NCBI RefSeq assembly: GCF_009914755.1
Contig: NC_060926.1
Source: the human T2T-CHM13v2.0 reference genome, Homo sapiens
Length of the DNA: 64,000 bases
Direction: 5' to 3' (one strand)
The translations under genes and the position numbers were made by a program. Of the stretch, positions 29,791 to 43,960 are shown in pieces (position 1 is the stretch's first letter; every line of letters starts with the position of its first letter). The notes beneath the pieces are model-generated. The model was not told the origin of the DNA, ran no database searches, and saw nothing but the letters and a program-made list of their open reading frames with translations.

Positions 29791-32700
29791 AGACAAATAA
29801 ACTTCTATTGTTTATAAATTACCTAGTTTATGGTATTCTGTTATAGCAGCACAAAACGGACTAAGACAGAAACTCACTAGCTGTTCAATTTCCTTTTTGA
29901 CCTGTTTTTAAAGTTATGACAAATTTCAAAGCTATTTATATAGCTGAATATCTCTATAAAAATTTCTACACATTTTCAGTTTAACAAAGCACAGGCTGCT
30001 AGACCATTTCGGGGTCAAGAGGGACTGGGAGCGAGGTGAGGGAAGCACATATGCCCTACTTCAATTTAGCTGTGGGAAAAGAGTTTTGCTGCACCAAAAA
30101 AACATCGATATTTCAAGCAAAAATGTTAGTGGGAAAAGTAAGGGGCAATAAAAGTAGGTCCAAGCCCTGTAGCAACTTGATCAAATGTTACCTGGGCCTT
30201 TGCCACCTGAATGGCCCCGTAGAACTAAGATGATTTGAAATGGTTCCTTGCAGCCAACTGTAGCTTCAATGAAGCTGTGCCTCTTTTCCACCTCCCGGCG
30301 ACTCACCATGCCAATCTCTGACTTGAGGCACTGTTCCTGTTGTGGGATCAAATGTTAGGATTTTAAAAACTAAAGTTTGATGTGGATGAACAACTGCCTA
30401 TAAAGCACATTAAGCTCTTTCCCTGTAATGTATTTCATTTCACACTGACTGCCGGTATTGCCCCTGAATGGATTACAGCAGGGGACTGCCATTGTCCCAC
30501 TAAACCACACGGGTTAAATAATACCTTGGTGTCTAGAACTGCTTCAGAACCATTTCATACTGGCTAATACATGAAATGAATACCCAGCTTTTCTGCAAGG
30601 AATTTAGTTTGGTTAAAAATAAGGACACATTGAATTGGTTTACAGTGCAAGATCATTTACAGCCCTATTTGGATTGTACTGTTGCCTACAGTAACATTTG
30701 CACCTGCATTTTGCCATTCGCAGCAGCAGGGCATAATCACACACTTACTGCTCTCAGGCATTTGGTGCTCAGGGTCTATTTACTTAACAGCCCCAGGAAT
30801 AATACTCCACTCCAGGGTCAGCCACTTACATTTGGCTTTGTGTTTAGATAATGATGCCGTATTCTTGTCCAAGCCGGGGGAAATGCTACAGATAAGCTCC
30901 AACATTGCCTCTGAGTTGACTTGATGCCTTTTCAAGAGCACTTTTGAACTTTAAGCACATTTCCAAAGTTATCCCCTCATGTAGTCAAGATAATCACCTC
31001 ATTTCATGAAGCACTTCTCAGGCCATAGACACTGGAATCATTTGAGTATGAGCCATGTGGGGCCACAAGGAGGTTTTACAATTACACAGTTTCTCTGTTC
31101 CTTCAGTTGCACCTGTAACATAAACAGCCATGGAGAGAAAAAAATCTTGTACAGCCACTTAGCTGGGCCTCTGCTACCATAGGTTTTGCTTTAGTGTCCA
31201 CATCAGTTTGTGACTTGCCCTAGCATTAGGAAGCAGAGAAGCATTCTGGCACATGTTTGAGGCCCTGGGCAAGCTCACCTTGGGGCTAATTATACAATTG
31301 TAGATGCTTATTTTTAAAAGAGGTTTCAAGTCCAAAGGAGTGAATAGGGTTCTTTTATTTCCTCTGTATTGTTGTTGCAATAAAAAAAGTTAGAAAAGTA
31401 TTAAAGCTTTGCACATCTTTTTTTTTTTTTTATTCCCTTCCCTTGGCTTTTGAGTCTGAAAAGAATGCTGGAAGTCATCAGAGGCCTGGTTGGAATACAG
31501 AGTGTTAATTCTTCCATATCTAAGCCTCTTTGTCGAAATTCCCTTTGTCTCCTGCCCCAAGTCATTAAACACTAATCCCATCACTCTTCCTAATCCGATG
31601 CACTGGAGCTGGAGTTTAGCTTCCGAAACTGTCTTTGTGGCACTCCTAATAGACAGCTTCTCTGGATTGTAGTTGGTTCAGGCGCATTTAGAGCTTCCCA
31701 TTTCAGCCTCTTAATGAAGTGCCCTTAATGAATCTTTTCCTCCTTCATGCAGTGAGCACGGGCTTCAGTTGGTTTAGCGTTGAGTAGGGGAAGATGCAGA
31801 GTCATCTCAGGGGCCTTTGCAAAATATGACTGTCAAAGGCAAAACCTAGGAAACAGGCCATTGAGGGCTACAGCCACTGAAGTGCTCATTTAATTACTAA
31901 GGATTTGCAAAAGAAAATCTTCCCTTTGTAGCTAACAAAGGAAAGGAAGTAAGAAGAGATAGTAAAAGGTTTTTCCAATAAATGATAAAAGAGGAAACAT
32001 GGTTGAGTAAAGCCGTAAGGGCATGGAGAGGAACACTTTCACACTTGCTACACAGGCCTACCTTTCTAAATGTTAGGTATGCTCAGAGATACTGAAAGAG
32101 GCTTTCGAGGCCTTTCTGTCCTGCCAAGTGATGGAGGCTATTGAGTCTGATAAATTCTTCACTGGCAAAAATCCACCAAAATGACAATCCATTCCATTAA
32201 GTTTAAAACAAAGTATTTTTCATGACATGATGGCAATTCAGGGAGACTGGAAAAATAAACACGGGGAAGAAATAAATGACGGAAAAAAATGTTTGCAAGG
32301 TAGTTCTGTCCACCCCCCTTTTTTGTTCTATTTGAGTAAAGTTGTTTACAGTCTCAACAGTTAATGTGAGCTTGGATCTAATATCCCCTCCAACAATGCA
32401 AATTTAAATGAAAACTCTGAATGACACTTGTTCACTTTATGTTTTAAAATATGTTGAGCCACTCCATGGATAGCTCAGTGCTGCTTCTCCTTCAGTGAGA
32501 ATATTTATTATATGCTGAAATCTATATTGTATATCTATATGATATAATCTATTTATTATATGATGAAATTATTTGTATGATAAAATTAGCCAAATTAATA
32601 GATGATCTTGGTCTTGCAAATATATACATTATCATGCATTATTGCTTTAAGTTAAAGAATAAGAAGAAAAACAAGTTAATAGAAAAAAATGTCATCCTAG

Positions 32701-34649
32701 TGATCACAACTTATTTGGTATAAAGGCATAGAAAAACTACTGACAACAATTAATATAACTGTGTCTGAATTATTTGGTCACAGTGCCTATATGCCAGCAG
32801 TCACAGAATCAACTGACCCAAAAAACTCCTAAAGTTCAAGGCACTCCTAAATATTTTATATCAGGTTTGCAAATTAATCTGATTTATTGGGCCAACTGAT
32901 CTAGTCCTACAGAGAAACCTCGAGTTTGGTAATAAATGTTTAAATGTCACCTAGGCCTTATCATGAAATCATGTAACACATTAAACAAAATTAAGATCAC
33001 ACAGCACAAAAGGCTTAGTATTTCTGATGGGACAACCCAGAATGGCCTTGTAAAGATGCTGTCAGATACTGACACAAAGTCCTAGGCTGCTGAAATTCCA
33101 AGTTTACCTTTTAGTGCCAAGACCCCAGTCCCTCTTCATTGTACTGGCAGGTGACATCTTGGCTTTATCATTATTGAGCATGCCAATAACATTTTGTTTC
33201 CTCTTATTCTTACCAGACCTGATAGTTTCTTCACTGGGAAAAAAAACAAAATGAAACAAAAACAAATAAAAAGCAAAAACAAACTTTGAACTCACTAACA
33301 AAAACAAATCAGATACATTTACTAACTGCATAAATCACAACGAAGTGACTCACCTCAGAAGAAAACCGCAATGTTCTCCACATAGATAAAAACAACCGCA
33401 TTTAGCATTTGGGCTGGGATTCAAATTCCAGTGCATGTCTACCGTTGGCAATAAAACTTACACTTGGACATTGTTAAAATGTGCTCATGTGTTCAGTCTT
33501 TCTCCTTTCCTCACAACTGACTTGCCAAGTCTTTTTCTTTGGGGAATCAAACAGCTCTCACATGCATTGAGGAAAAATTTCCTGTGCCGCAATTTTTTTT
33601 AAAAAGTCTAAATAGCATCAGTTGAGTTTATGGGAGACAGTGAGGCTATGTGAGGCCGGCAATATGACCAGCTGAGTGCCAGCTGTCCTCAAGAGCTCCA
33701 GTCCTTGAAAGTCAGGATTCCCTGGAGCAGGGCTGCCTGTGGTGTATTAGATTATGATGGCTACATCCTAGCAGAACTCCTTATTTAATCCTTCTCTTCC
33801 TTTCCAGACCCTAACTTTTTTTTTTTTCATTCTCATTTCACATGAGCAAGCTGCATGAATCTAGTTTCAAATGAAAACAACATTAAAAAAATAGAACCAC
33901 GGTGGTGTATTGGGAAGATTTCCAGAAGGCTCTAAACTGAGGATTATTTATATCCCTCTGAACTTCATTCCCTCAACTACAGAATGAGTGGAGGGAGGAT
34001 TAGATTACAGCTCTCTCTCTCTTCTTTCTTTCTAAGGAGGGCATATACTGGCAAAGTATTTTGGTACTTAAGTTGTTCTTCCTTTTTTTTTAAGAAAGGA
34101 TGCCTCAGTGAGTTTTTGAGTTAATAAACATTGGAAGCAGTAAATGTGTCCTTTTGTTAGTTGTTACCAGCAATTCATACTTCAAAGTTACCAGGGACAC
34201 TGCAAATTCAACTGAGAAAAGGAAATGTGGCAGAGGAAGTTCATCATTTATCGAAGTATGAATAGCTCACGCCTTGACGTTTACTCCTCCAGAAAGTAAG
34301 ACAACAAAACACTGGCCCATCTCTTCCATCAATTCAGGAAAACCATGAGGGCAGGTATCATGTGACTTATACCCCCCTCTACATCCTGAACATATTATAT
34401 ATTGCCTGAACATATTTCTAAAAGGAATGAACAAATCTATCAGCTTATCGACAGCCTGTAACATTATTTAAAGAGAAGTGTAAGTTGGACAACAGAAAGA
34501 GGTGAGATACATTTTTTTCACAGTTCCTACAGGATTTCCCATATAGCTTATGGGAAAATTGAATGATCTGCTTTTTTTGTCTTTGAAACAAAGGCAATTC
34601 ACAGAAGGGAAAGTTGAATGGCTAAGATCTTACTTAAGAGATGCTCACA

Positions 34650-35230
34650 CACTGGTTGTTAATAACATATATATGAATTAAAGCAAACATGAAATTTTAT
34701 TCTGTACCCATCAGGACGAGAAAAAGTTGGAAGGGAGGATACTACTGATTGGTGAATGAGACCCCTCATACACTGAGTGTAAGTTGATGAACCATTCAGA
34801 AAAGCAACCTGCCAGTATTTATGTCCTATGACCCTGAAAACCCATGTGTCTCCCAGAGAAATTCTCACACATGCCCGTTAAAGGGCACATACCATTCACC
34901 ACTGTATTGCTCATTGAGGTGGTGAGCGGAAGGCAATCTAGAAGTTCAACTCTAAAAGAAAATGAGGTGAGAATTTGCCCAACAGATAGGATTAACAAAT
35001 GGGACAAATATACAACATAGATAGATATTGAGAACAGTTTGTGAGTGAAAACAGGAAGAAACTGAATAAGATCTACAGCAAAATTTCATATAAGTAAATT
35101 AAAAATGCATAAACACGCAAACCAATGCAATATGAATATATAGGAATCCAAGTAAATATACTGAACAACTTAGAATGTGTATCTACCAGAGAGAAAGAAG
35201 TGGGAGTATTAAGAATAGAGGAAAAATATA
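34650..35230 (+). mobile_element. Ancient L1ME 3' fragments
   Basis: 'accctcatacactg...accattcagaaagcaacctg', 'cccagagaaattctcacacatg'. Confidence 0.55.
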
Positions 35231-35537
35231 ATTATAACAAGTGGAGATTTTTCAGAGACCAATAATGGAAGTGTGCCAGGAACTGATGAAAATTTCTGCC
35301 CCTGAAGTCCAAAAGAAGGAAATATATTTTTAAAAATAAATAAATAAAGCAGAGATAAACTAGACTGTCATTTTACTCCTACCCCAACAAAATGGCATCT
35401 CTGAGCAATTATTAAATTTATACAACATTGATTTAAATGAGCCTAAGTGCAAGGGCATCAGATTTCCCTTGACCTAAGGGAAAGAATCCGGCAGATGTGT
35501 CAATGGTAATTGACACATATAAAGCAAAAATCCTTCT

Positions 35538-35917
35538 ATCAGGCAGGATAATGTTAGGTACTGTAACAAAATTTCAATGACTCAGCACAACATAATTTTG
35601 GTTTTTGCTCATGGAATAGTCCAATGCTGGTGTAACTAACTGATAGGTGGGCTCTATGCCACAGCTAAAAGGTGCTGTGCTATCTCTCAAACAAGGTTCC
35701 TCAAGAGCTTGTCTCTATTCCATCATTTGGAAGGGAGAAGGTGATGGAGGAAAACGTATAGGTTCCTACTGGCCAGATCCACTCCTATCCTGTTGGCTAG
35801 AACTCAGTCAGAGGGCTACACCAAACTACAGGAAAGCCTGGGGAATGGAGTCCAGCTGTGTGCTCAGAAAAAGGAGAAAACACAGATTTTAATCAGCAGC
35901 TAGCAGCCTCTACTGCA
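35538..35917 (-). mobile_element. LTR33-like ERVL LTR
   Basis: 'ttggctagaactcagtca...ccagctgtgtgctcagaaaaaggagaaaacacagatttt...gcagctagcagcctctactgca'. Confidence 0.55.
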
Positions 35918-36187
35918 ATCCTGTTACAATGACATTATCAGTTAGACATGGGAGACACCGGGGCCACTTGCACGTGTGTTCGAACCAATGAACACTACTT
36001 AGTTGTTTTTTTAAAATTCAAGAAAGATAAAGAAGAAAATGGAGGTAAAGAGGAGAAAGCTGCATCTATGAACTTAGTTTCAGCTATGAAACAGAGCATT
36101 TATAAAGGAAAAAGTCATAAAAAAAATAAGGTCAACTGTTAAACAGTAGAACACTCAAAATCAAATCAAACTATCAAACTGGCATCT

Positions 36188-36368
36188 ATTTTATTTTTTA
36201 TTTTATTTTATTTTATTTTGAGACACAGTCTCATTCTTTCACCCAGGCTGGAGTGAAGTGGCCGGATCTCGGCTCACTGCAACCTCCGCCTCCTGGGTTC
36301 AAGCGATTCTCCTGCCTCAGCCTCCCAAGTAGCTAGGATTACAGGCGTGCACCACCACATCCAGCTAA
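36188..36368 (-). mobile_element. 5'-truncated AluS (right monomer)
   Basis: (tttta)n tail, right arm only; atctatttt on both sides. Confidence 0.9.
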
Positions 36369-36489
36369 TCTATTTTTGTTTTCATCAGCAGCTTGGCAAG
36401 AAAGGGGCTACAGCTTTTCTGTAAGGCAATATGGTAATATGTATGTAAAAATCTCTGAAAGCTTCATAGCAAGTGCACATCCAGGACAC

Positions 36490-36700
36490 ATAAGCAGAGG
36501 GTCTTGGTGTCTCAGCATGTGGACTTAGGAGACTGCTAGACCAAGTTTAAGTGTATGTGCTTACCTGTCAGCCTTAAGTTTTTTCTATAAATTGAGGGTA
36601 GTAAAAATATGTACCTCCCAGGTTAGGAGGTTAAATAAGATAATGCACAAAAAGCCTTTATTGACTATAATACTTGGCACATAAGAAAGATTCTCTAATA
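36490..36700 (+). mobile_element. MIR within L1ME-like remnants (~36400-37130)
   Basis: 'tacctcccaggttaggaggttaaataagataatgcac...cttggcacataag'. Confidence 0.6.
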
Positions 36701-37710
36701 CTACTGCAGAAATAATCATGTATGTGTGCAGTTTGCACTCCAAGAATACAGAGCAAAGATCTGTTATTAATTGTTACATATTGGGGGACATCTCCCAGTG
36801 TCCTAAAATAGGACATTGGCTAAATAAATAATAACATATCAATATGTATCCCTGAGAAGATATAGAAAATAATTTACTAACATGGAAAAATGTTTATTGT
36901 GTGTTAAGTTTTAAAAATGATTATGAAATGGCCCATTGAGTGTGATCCACGTTTATAAGTATGTGTGAATTTGTAAATAAAACAGTGACTAGAAGAACGT
37001 ACCCTAAAAATGTTTGATAACAGATTTTCTTAAATGGGGGTGTGGACAAGTTACAGTTACTCTTTTTTTTTTTTCCTTTTGTAGACCAGTACTTCCAAGA
37101 TTTTCACCAATAAACATATATTACTTTTAAAAAATCCAATTTTTAAATTTCAAGACATACTTACATGTTAGTGTGATTTTTCTTCCTTTCTTATAAAAAG
37201 CCTTCAAATATACAGAAAATTAGAGAAAACAGTACTAGGACTACCCTTTTTTCATCATCTAGATTTAACAATTTTTTACATTTTGCCATTTGCTTCATCT
37301 TTTTTCTTGTAGTATTTTAAAATAAATTCTAATCATGAAATTTCATACCTATAAGCTTTCAGAGAATTTCTAAAAATAAGAGTACTTCCTTACTTAAGTG
37401 TAGCTAACAATATTTTATATTATTAAGTAATAACTATTTGTAAGTATGAACTCTTCTATTCTTAGGTAAAGATAATTTTTTAAATGATACCATATTTAGA
37501 GATATCATGAGGCAGGAGTCAGGAAACCTAGCTTTTAGACTAGGCTATGTGTAGACTTGCTACACATCTATGAAGCCTATGAGGTCCCCTCTTCTCATTT
37601 GTAAAATGAAAGGATTGAGCTAAATGACACTTTCCAGTTTTAAAAATCATATTTTCTTTGGGGGCAAAGAAAGAAACAAGTACATTTTCAAAATTAAAGA
37701 AATTTTAGGG

Positions 37711-37891
37711 AGTTGAGGGTGGGAGGAGAGAGAGGAGCAGAAAAAATAACTATTGGGTACTAGGCTTAGTACTTGCGTGACAAAATAGTCTGTACAACAA
37801 ACTCCCATGACACAAGTTTACCTATGTAACAAACCTGCATATGTATCCCTGGACCTAAAATAAAAGTAAAAAAAATACAAATTTTTTTTAA
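37711..37891 (+). mobile_element. Short 5'-truncated L1 (L1PA13-16-like) 3' end
   Basis: 'actattgggtactaggcttagtac...acaagtttacctatgtaacaaacctgc'; perfect 15-bp TSD aaagaaattttaggg at 37696-37710 and 37892-37906. Confidence 0.9.
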
Positions 37892-38766
37892 AAAGAAATT
37901 TTAGGGTGAGAACACCACCAAGGAACTAATAGGAGCTATAACATTAAGGAAAACTTGAAATTCGAGAATTTGAGAGAGGAGATATTGAAAGATTTTTCTA
38001 ATTTGACCAATAAATAAACACACGTGTGACCTTTTGTTTAACCAAAGTAACTCTTGAACAACTGTCTATCTCCCAGGGATGCGTTTCTGTATTTTAACTT
38101 TTCCCAGTCTTTGCGTAGCCCCCTGGCTGTTTGATTCTTGTAATTATTTTGTCCTGTCACAAGGCAGTCTCCTTTTGGCAAGAACCTATCCAGGGAGCTC
38201 TCTGACACCCAGTTTAATACACAGAAGTGTTTGGCCAGGGCCCCATCCCTGCATTTACATCACAAAGTTGAGTGGTCTTCTGCACCACTTTTCTCAATAG
38301 GAGACGACCTTAGAAAATGTCAGATTCAATTCCAGCTTGAGGCACCACTGTCTGGGAGCCTGGCTGTTATGCACCCACTGGTAGGGCACTGATTCCAATT
38401 CTTCAGTTATCCTACACCCAAAATAGAACTAAGTCTTTCCCTGCAGGCAGCATGACAAAAATGTATTGTTTTAGACTTGATCCATATGTTTGTTTCATTC
38501 TTTACCAAAATAAAGCTGCAACACTAGCTTGAGTACTAGCAAGAATAAGCTTGCACTAGACACATGCTGTCTCTGTCCACATGCACACTCTCCACCAGCT
38601 CAGATGAAATCTGCTTCCAGCCTCTCTAATTATGGAATAACCTTGATAAGAAGTCTGACAACATGGATTCTCATTCCTTCTCTGCTATAAACTGCTATGT
38701 GGGCAAGTCCCTGAACTTCCCAGGGTCTCAGTTTCACAGCTTATAAAATGGAACACCTGGACCTAA

Positions 38767-39975
<1,209 letters not shown>

Positions 39976-40414
39976 TGCCTTTAAGATACACAGTACAGTG
40001 TTTCTAAGTGCACTTTCTTCCTTTCCTGGGAAAAATGGTATTCCTTATTCATTCATAAATATTTCACTTAAATATCCATTTAATAAGAATATATGAAGAA
40101 TATTCATTCATCTAATTTCCCACCCTAGAGGCAACTACTTGATTAGTTCCTTGTATTTCCAAATATAGTCCATCAAATTATAATTACATATATCCTGAAA
40201 TTTAATCTCAAAATCTTTAATTTGATTTCTAAGAATTTATCCTACTGATAGACTTAAACTTGCTTGTGAAGATACATAGTAAGGGCACTTGTTGCAGTGT
40301 GGTTAATAAAAGCAATGAATGGAGTAATCTGAACCTTCGTTAAGTATATTGTGATTTGTTCATACTAAGGCCATTAAAAAGAAAGAGGTAGCTTTATAGC
40401 TACCCAGTTTAAAC

Positions 40415-40830
40415 CTGACCCAGTTAGGAGTCTTTCTGTTGTAAATAACAGAAAATCCACTACAAACTGATTTAAATATTGAAGGAGATGTATTGGGTCA
40501 CATAAATGGGAAATTCTCAAGGACTTTGTTTCTTGTCATCTCTCTGCTCTGCTGTCAAGGATGATAGCTTCATCCCCAAACTGGTTCTCTCATGGTTATA
40601 AGAGACTAATCAACCATAATTAGGGCTACGTGTTTCTTGCTTCATTCCAATGGAGGAGAAAGTGATTCTGCCTCAGAATTCCAAGCAAAGACCCTGAAGA
40701 TTACCTTGATTGTATAAGCCTAGATCCTGCGCCAGGAAAATGGAAAGCATTGATTGGTTTTGGCCAGTCAGTCCAGGATGATGCGCTTCCTGGAAACCTT
40801 GCAGGGGAGCAAAGACACGGAAATGAAAAC
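40415..40830 (-). mobile_element. Old MLT1-like LTR, interrupted by MER6
   Basis: 'cagttaggagtctttctgttgtaaataacagaaaatccactacaaactg'; probably resumes ~41650-41705. Confidence 0.55.
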
Positions 40831-40837
40831 CTGAGTA

Positions 40838-41647
40838 CGGCAGGTGTTTGAAAAACGCTGTTTCCTTATAACTTGGATGAGAAAAAAATCCATTCCTAGG
40901 CCACTATCTGTGTGGAGTTCGTATGTTCTCCCCACATCTGCGTTGGATTTCTCCCCTGGTACTCCAGATTCCTCCCACATCCCAAAGATGTGCAGCTTGA
41001 ATCTGCGTGTCTGCATGGTCCCAGTGTGTGAGTGAGGGTGTGTATGTGAGTGTGCCCTGTGAAGGAATGGCGTCCTGGCCAGGGCTGGTTTCCGCCTTGC
41101 ACCCAGGCTCTGGCTGCCCGTGACCTTGAACTGAATAAGTGGTTTAGAAAATGAATGAATGTAAATGATTATAAAATAAACATTTGTAAAGTATACAATA
41201 ATCATACAAATGCACACAATAAATGATGTGGTTCCAAAGCACTCAGCAAACCTGCCAGGTTTGTGATTGTTTTTGAACTGTGTGGTAATAGAAGGTGCTC
41301 CTTAAAATTTTTGCTTTGCAAGCATTTATTCCTTAATTTAACCCACCACCACTACAATCACCATCACTCACCGATTCACCAAAATTGAGTAATTATTACT
41401 TGTTTCTATTAATCTTTCTTAAATAAATGTATAGCTCGCATTTATTTCAATGTTTAAGATTGATTAGAAGTGTTTGGGGTCTTTATTTAGAAGTTTGGTG
41501 ATGTTTCTGTGACCAGAAATATGCTGTAGGAGCTTAACTCTTGTTTATATCAATTACCCTGTGGTAAAACTCGTTTTGTTATATGTCATTTTGCTTAAAG
41601 TTGCAGTTTCTAATAACCTATGAACCATGTTAAGTGAGCACGTACTG
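40838..41647 (+). mobile_element. MER6 (TcMar-Tigger non-autonomous DNA transposon)
   Basis: 'tgtgtggagttcgtatgttctcccc...ggtactccagattcctcccacatcccaaagatgtgc'; degenerate TIRs and TA target duplications at 40836-40837 and 41648-41649. Confidence 0.88.
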
Positions 41648-41816
41648 TATTTCAGGGAAGGAGAAGGAGAGAATGGACATCAGTCAGGCATCCATCAACT
41701 GTCCATCATAGCATGAGACTATGAAATTACTTCTAAGATACTTTGTTAAATGCAAAAGGCAAGATATAGGAGTGTGAGCAAAATATGTGACCATGCATGT
41801 ACAAAATCATGCCTAT

Positions 41817-42211
41817 TGATATAATTTGGATGATTGTTCCCTCCAAATTTCATGTGCAAATATGATCTAGAATGTTGGAGGTGAGGCTTGGTGGGAGGTT
41901 TGGGTCATGGGAGTGAATTCCTCATGAATGGCTTGGTGCTTTCCCCGTGGTAATGAGTGAGTTCTGGCTCTATTAGTTCACGTGACATCTGGTTGTTTAA
42001 AAAAAAAAGTCTGGTGCCTTCCTCCTCTCCATTGTTCCCTCTCTCTTCCCCTTCTACTATGAGTTGAAGCTTCCTGAGGCCTCACCAGAAGCATATGCTG
42101 GCACCATGCTTCTTGTACGACCTGCAGAACCATGAGACAAATAAACCTCCTTTCTTTATAAATTACCAAGCTTCAAGAATTATTTTATAGCAGCACAAAT
42201 GGACTAACACA
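41817..42211 (+). mobile_element. MSTB-like MaLR solo LTR
   Basis: 'tgatataatttggatg'...'atagcagcacaaatggactaacaca'; TSD cctat/cttat. Confidence 0.9.
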
Positions 42212-42331
42212 CTTATATATGTATAAAGTGTTTCTAACAATAATTTTAACCTCACACACATTCATTCATATGCATATAAATGAAAGTACCCATGGGGGGA
42301 AAAATAATATAATTTTAAAAACCCAAGTTCT

Positions 42332-42627
42332 GGCTGGGCACAGTGGCTCCTGCCTGCAATCCCAGCATTTTGGAAGACCAAGGCAGGAGGATCACTTGAG
42401 TCCAGGAGTTTGAGATAAGCTAGGGAAACATAGTGAGACACATCTTTTAATAAATTTTAAAATTAGCTGAGTATGGTGGTCGTGTGCCTGTAGTTCCAGC
42501 TACTAGAAAGGCTGGGGTGGCAAGATGGCTTGAGCCTAGGAGTCTGTGAGCCCTGATCACACCATTACACTCCAGCCTGGGTGACAGAGGGAGCTCCTGT
42601 CTCAAATAAAAAGACAAAAAAATAAAA
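42332..42627 (+). mobile_element. AluJ-like element
   Basis: 'ggaggatcacttgagtccagg', 'gcttgagcctagg'; high divergence. Confidence 0.9.
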
Positions 42628-43769
42628 TTCTAAGATTCTATCATACGGTTGAATATTTTCAGATAGTCACTTGGAATGAAGGGTACTAAAATAGCATTGG
42701 AAATGCATCAGCAGCCCCTCCACTGATTTTGTCTTTCCACTCTGAATGATACTGTTCTTCAGAATTCTCAGGAAATGAAGAGTACTCAGTAGAAGAAAAC
42801 AAACTAACTCATCATGCAAATGATATGGTAACAAATAATATATACATATTTCCTCAAATCAATATACAAACACCACTCCTCCTGAAAGAGTTTTTAAACA
42901 ATACCCACGAACTAATCACTGCGAACTCCACAGATGACATAAATCCGGAGATACTTCTTTTCAAACTGAGTCTCAGAAATACTCAGAACTTCTCAATCAG
43001 TTGCTCACTCAAAACTGCCAGGAATCCTGACAAGTTCTGATAGTTTCCCAAATGCTTGCTACTTAGCGGGTGTTATATATCCATGAATTGGTATAAAACT
43101 GAGTTTTAGTAAACTGAAGAAGAATTGGAAAAACATCTGCTTTATAGAGTTACCCCCTTCCTGGGGAAGAATTAGAGGACTTTACATAGTCAGCCTACAG
43201 AGCTAAAGAGTAAGAAGCCAGTAATGACTTCAAACACCCATTGCAAAATGCCAGCACTATTTTTGCAAAAAGAAAATTGAAATATAGATATATGTTTGTC
43301 TGTGTGTGTATACAGTGCTAGATGCAAAAACTAATTTTTACAATAGATTATAGGATATCAAGTGTTTTCATAGGTGGAAATAGATCAACAAAGAGAACTG
43401 GAGTTGAAAAATGTGAAGTGGTCAAAACATATGATTTTCTTTGACATATAAGAGGGAAGGCTTTGTTTGGAAATATTGTCACTAAGTATTCATTCATTCA
43501 TTCAACAAGCTTCTAATTTAATGTCTGTTATGTGAAAGGTACAGTGCTGAGAATTCTGATGAGGCAGATACATTAACCACATGGATACCAAAAGAAAAAA
43601 AAAACATATTTGGAAAGTGGGTTATTATTCAATGTGAGCCAGACAAGAAGGAAAAGTTATAAACATTCATGAATGCCAATCAATCACTTATAGGAGGAGA
43701 AATATTGCAGTGGGGTAACTGTTGCTCATTTAGTATTTTTCACTGGGAAAAATATGTGGATGGGGTAAA

Positions 43770-43960
43770 ACGGTATAGTGATAAAACATATGAGCTCTGG
43801 GTCAAGGGGCTAGCAATGTCTAGAGCGCTATTGACCAGCTGCATTAACTGGTCATTCCTTAACCTCTTTGCTCCTTGGTCTATCTAAAATAATGAAAGTA
43901 AAGTTCTTAGCATGGCTCCTAGCATTTAATTAGTGCTTTCCACAAGTTAGCTATTTTTAT
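43770..43960 (+). mobile_element. MIR
   Basis: 'tatagtgataaaacatatgagctctgggtc...ttccttaacctctttgctcc'. Confidence 0.6.

Larger units (their letters stand above)
28586..29868 (+). mobile_element. MSTD-like MaLR solo LTR interrupted by L1PB
   Basis: 'tgctaaggtttgaatg...gttggaaacttaatccccaatgcaacag' start and 'atagcagcacaaaacggactaagaca' end; TSD taaac/gaaac. Confidence 0.88.

Noticed and set aside
32500-32585. 20-bp direct repeat tatttattatatg(c/a)tgaaat
   Set aside because: Low-complexity AT-rich slippage product; no functional hint.
42746-42830. Possible 'ttcttcag|...atg|gtaaca' internal exon with one open frame
   Set aside because: Weak donor, unrecognised peptide, no partner exons.
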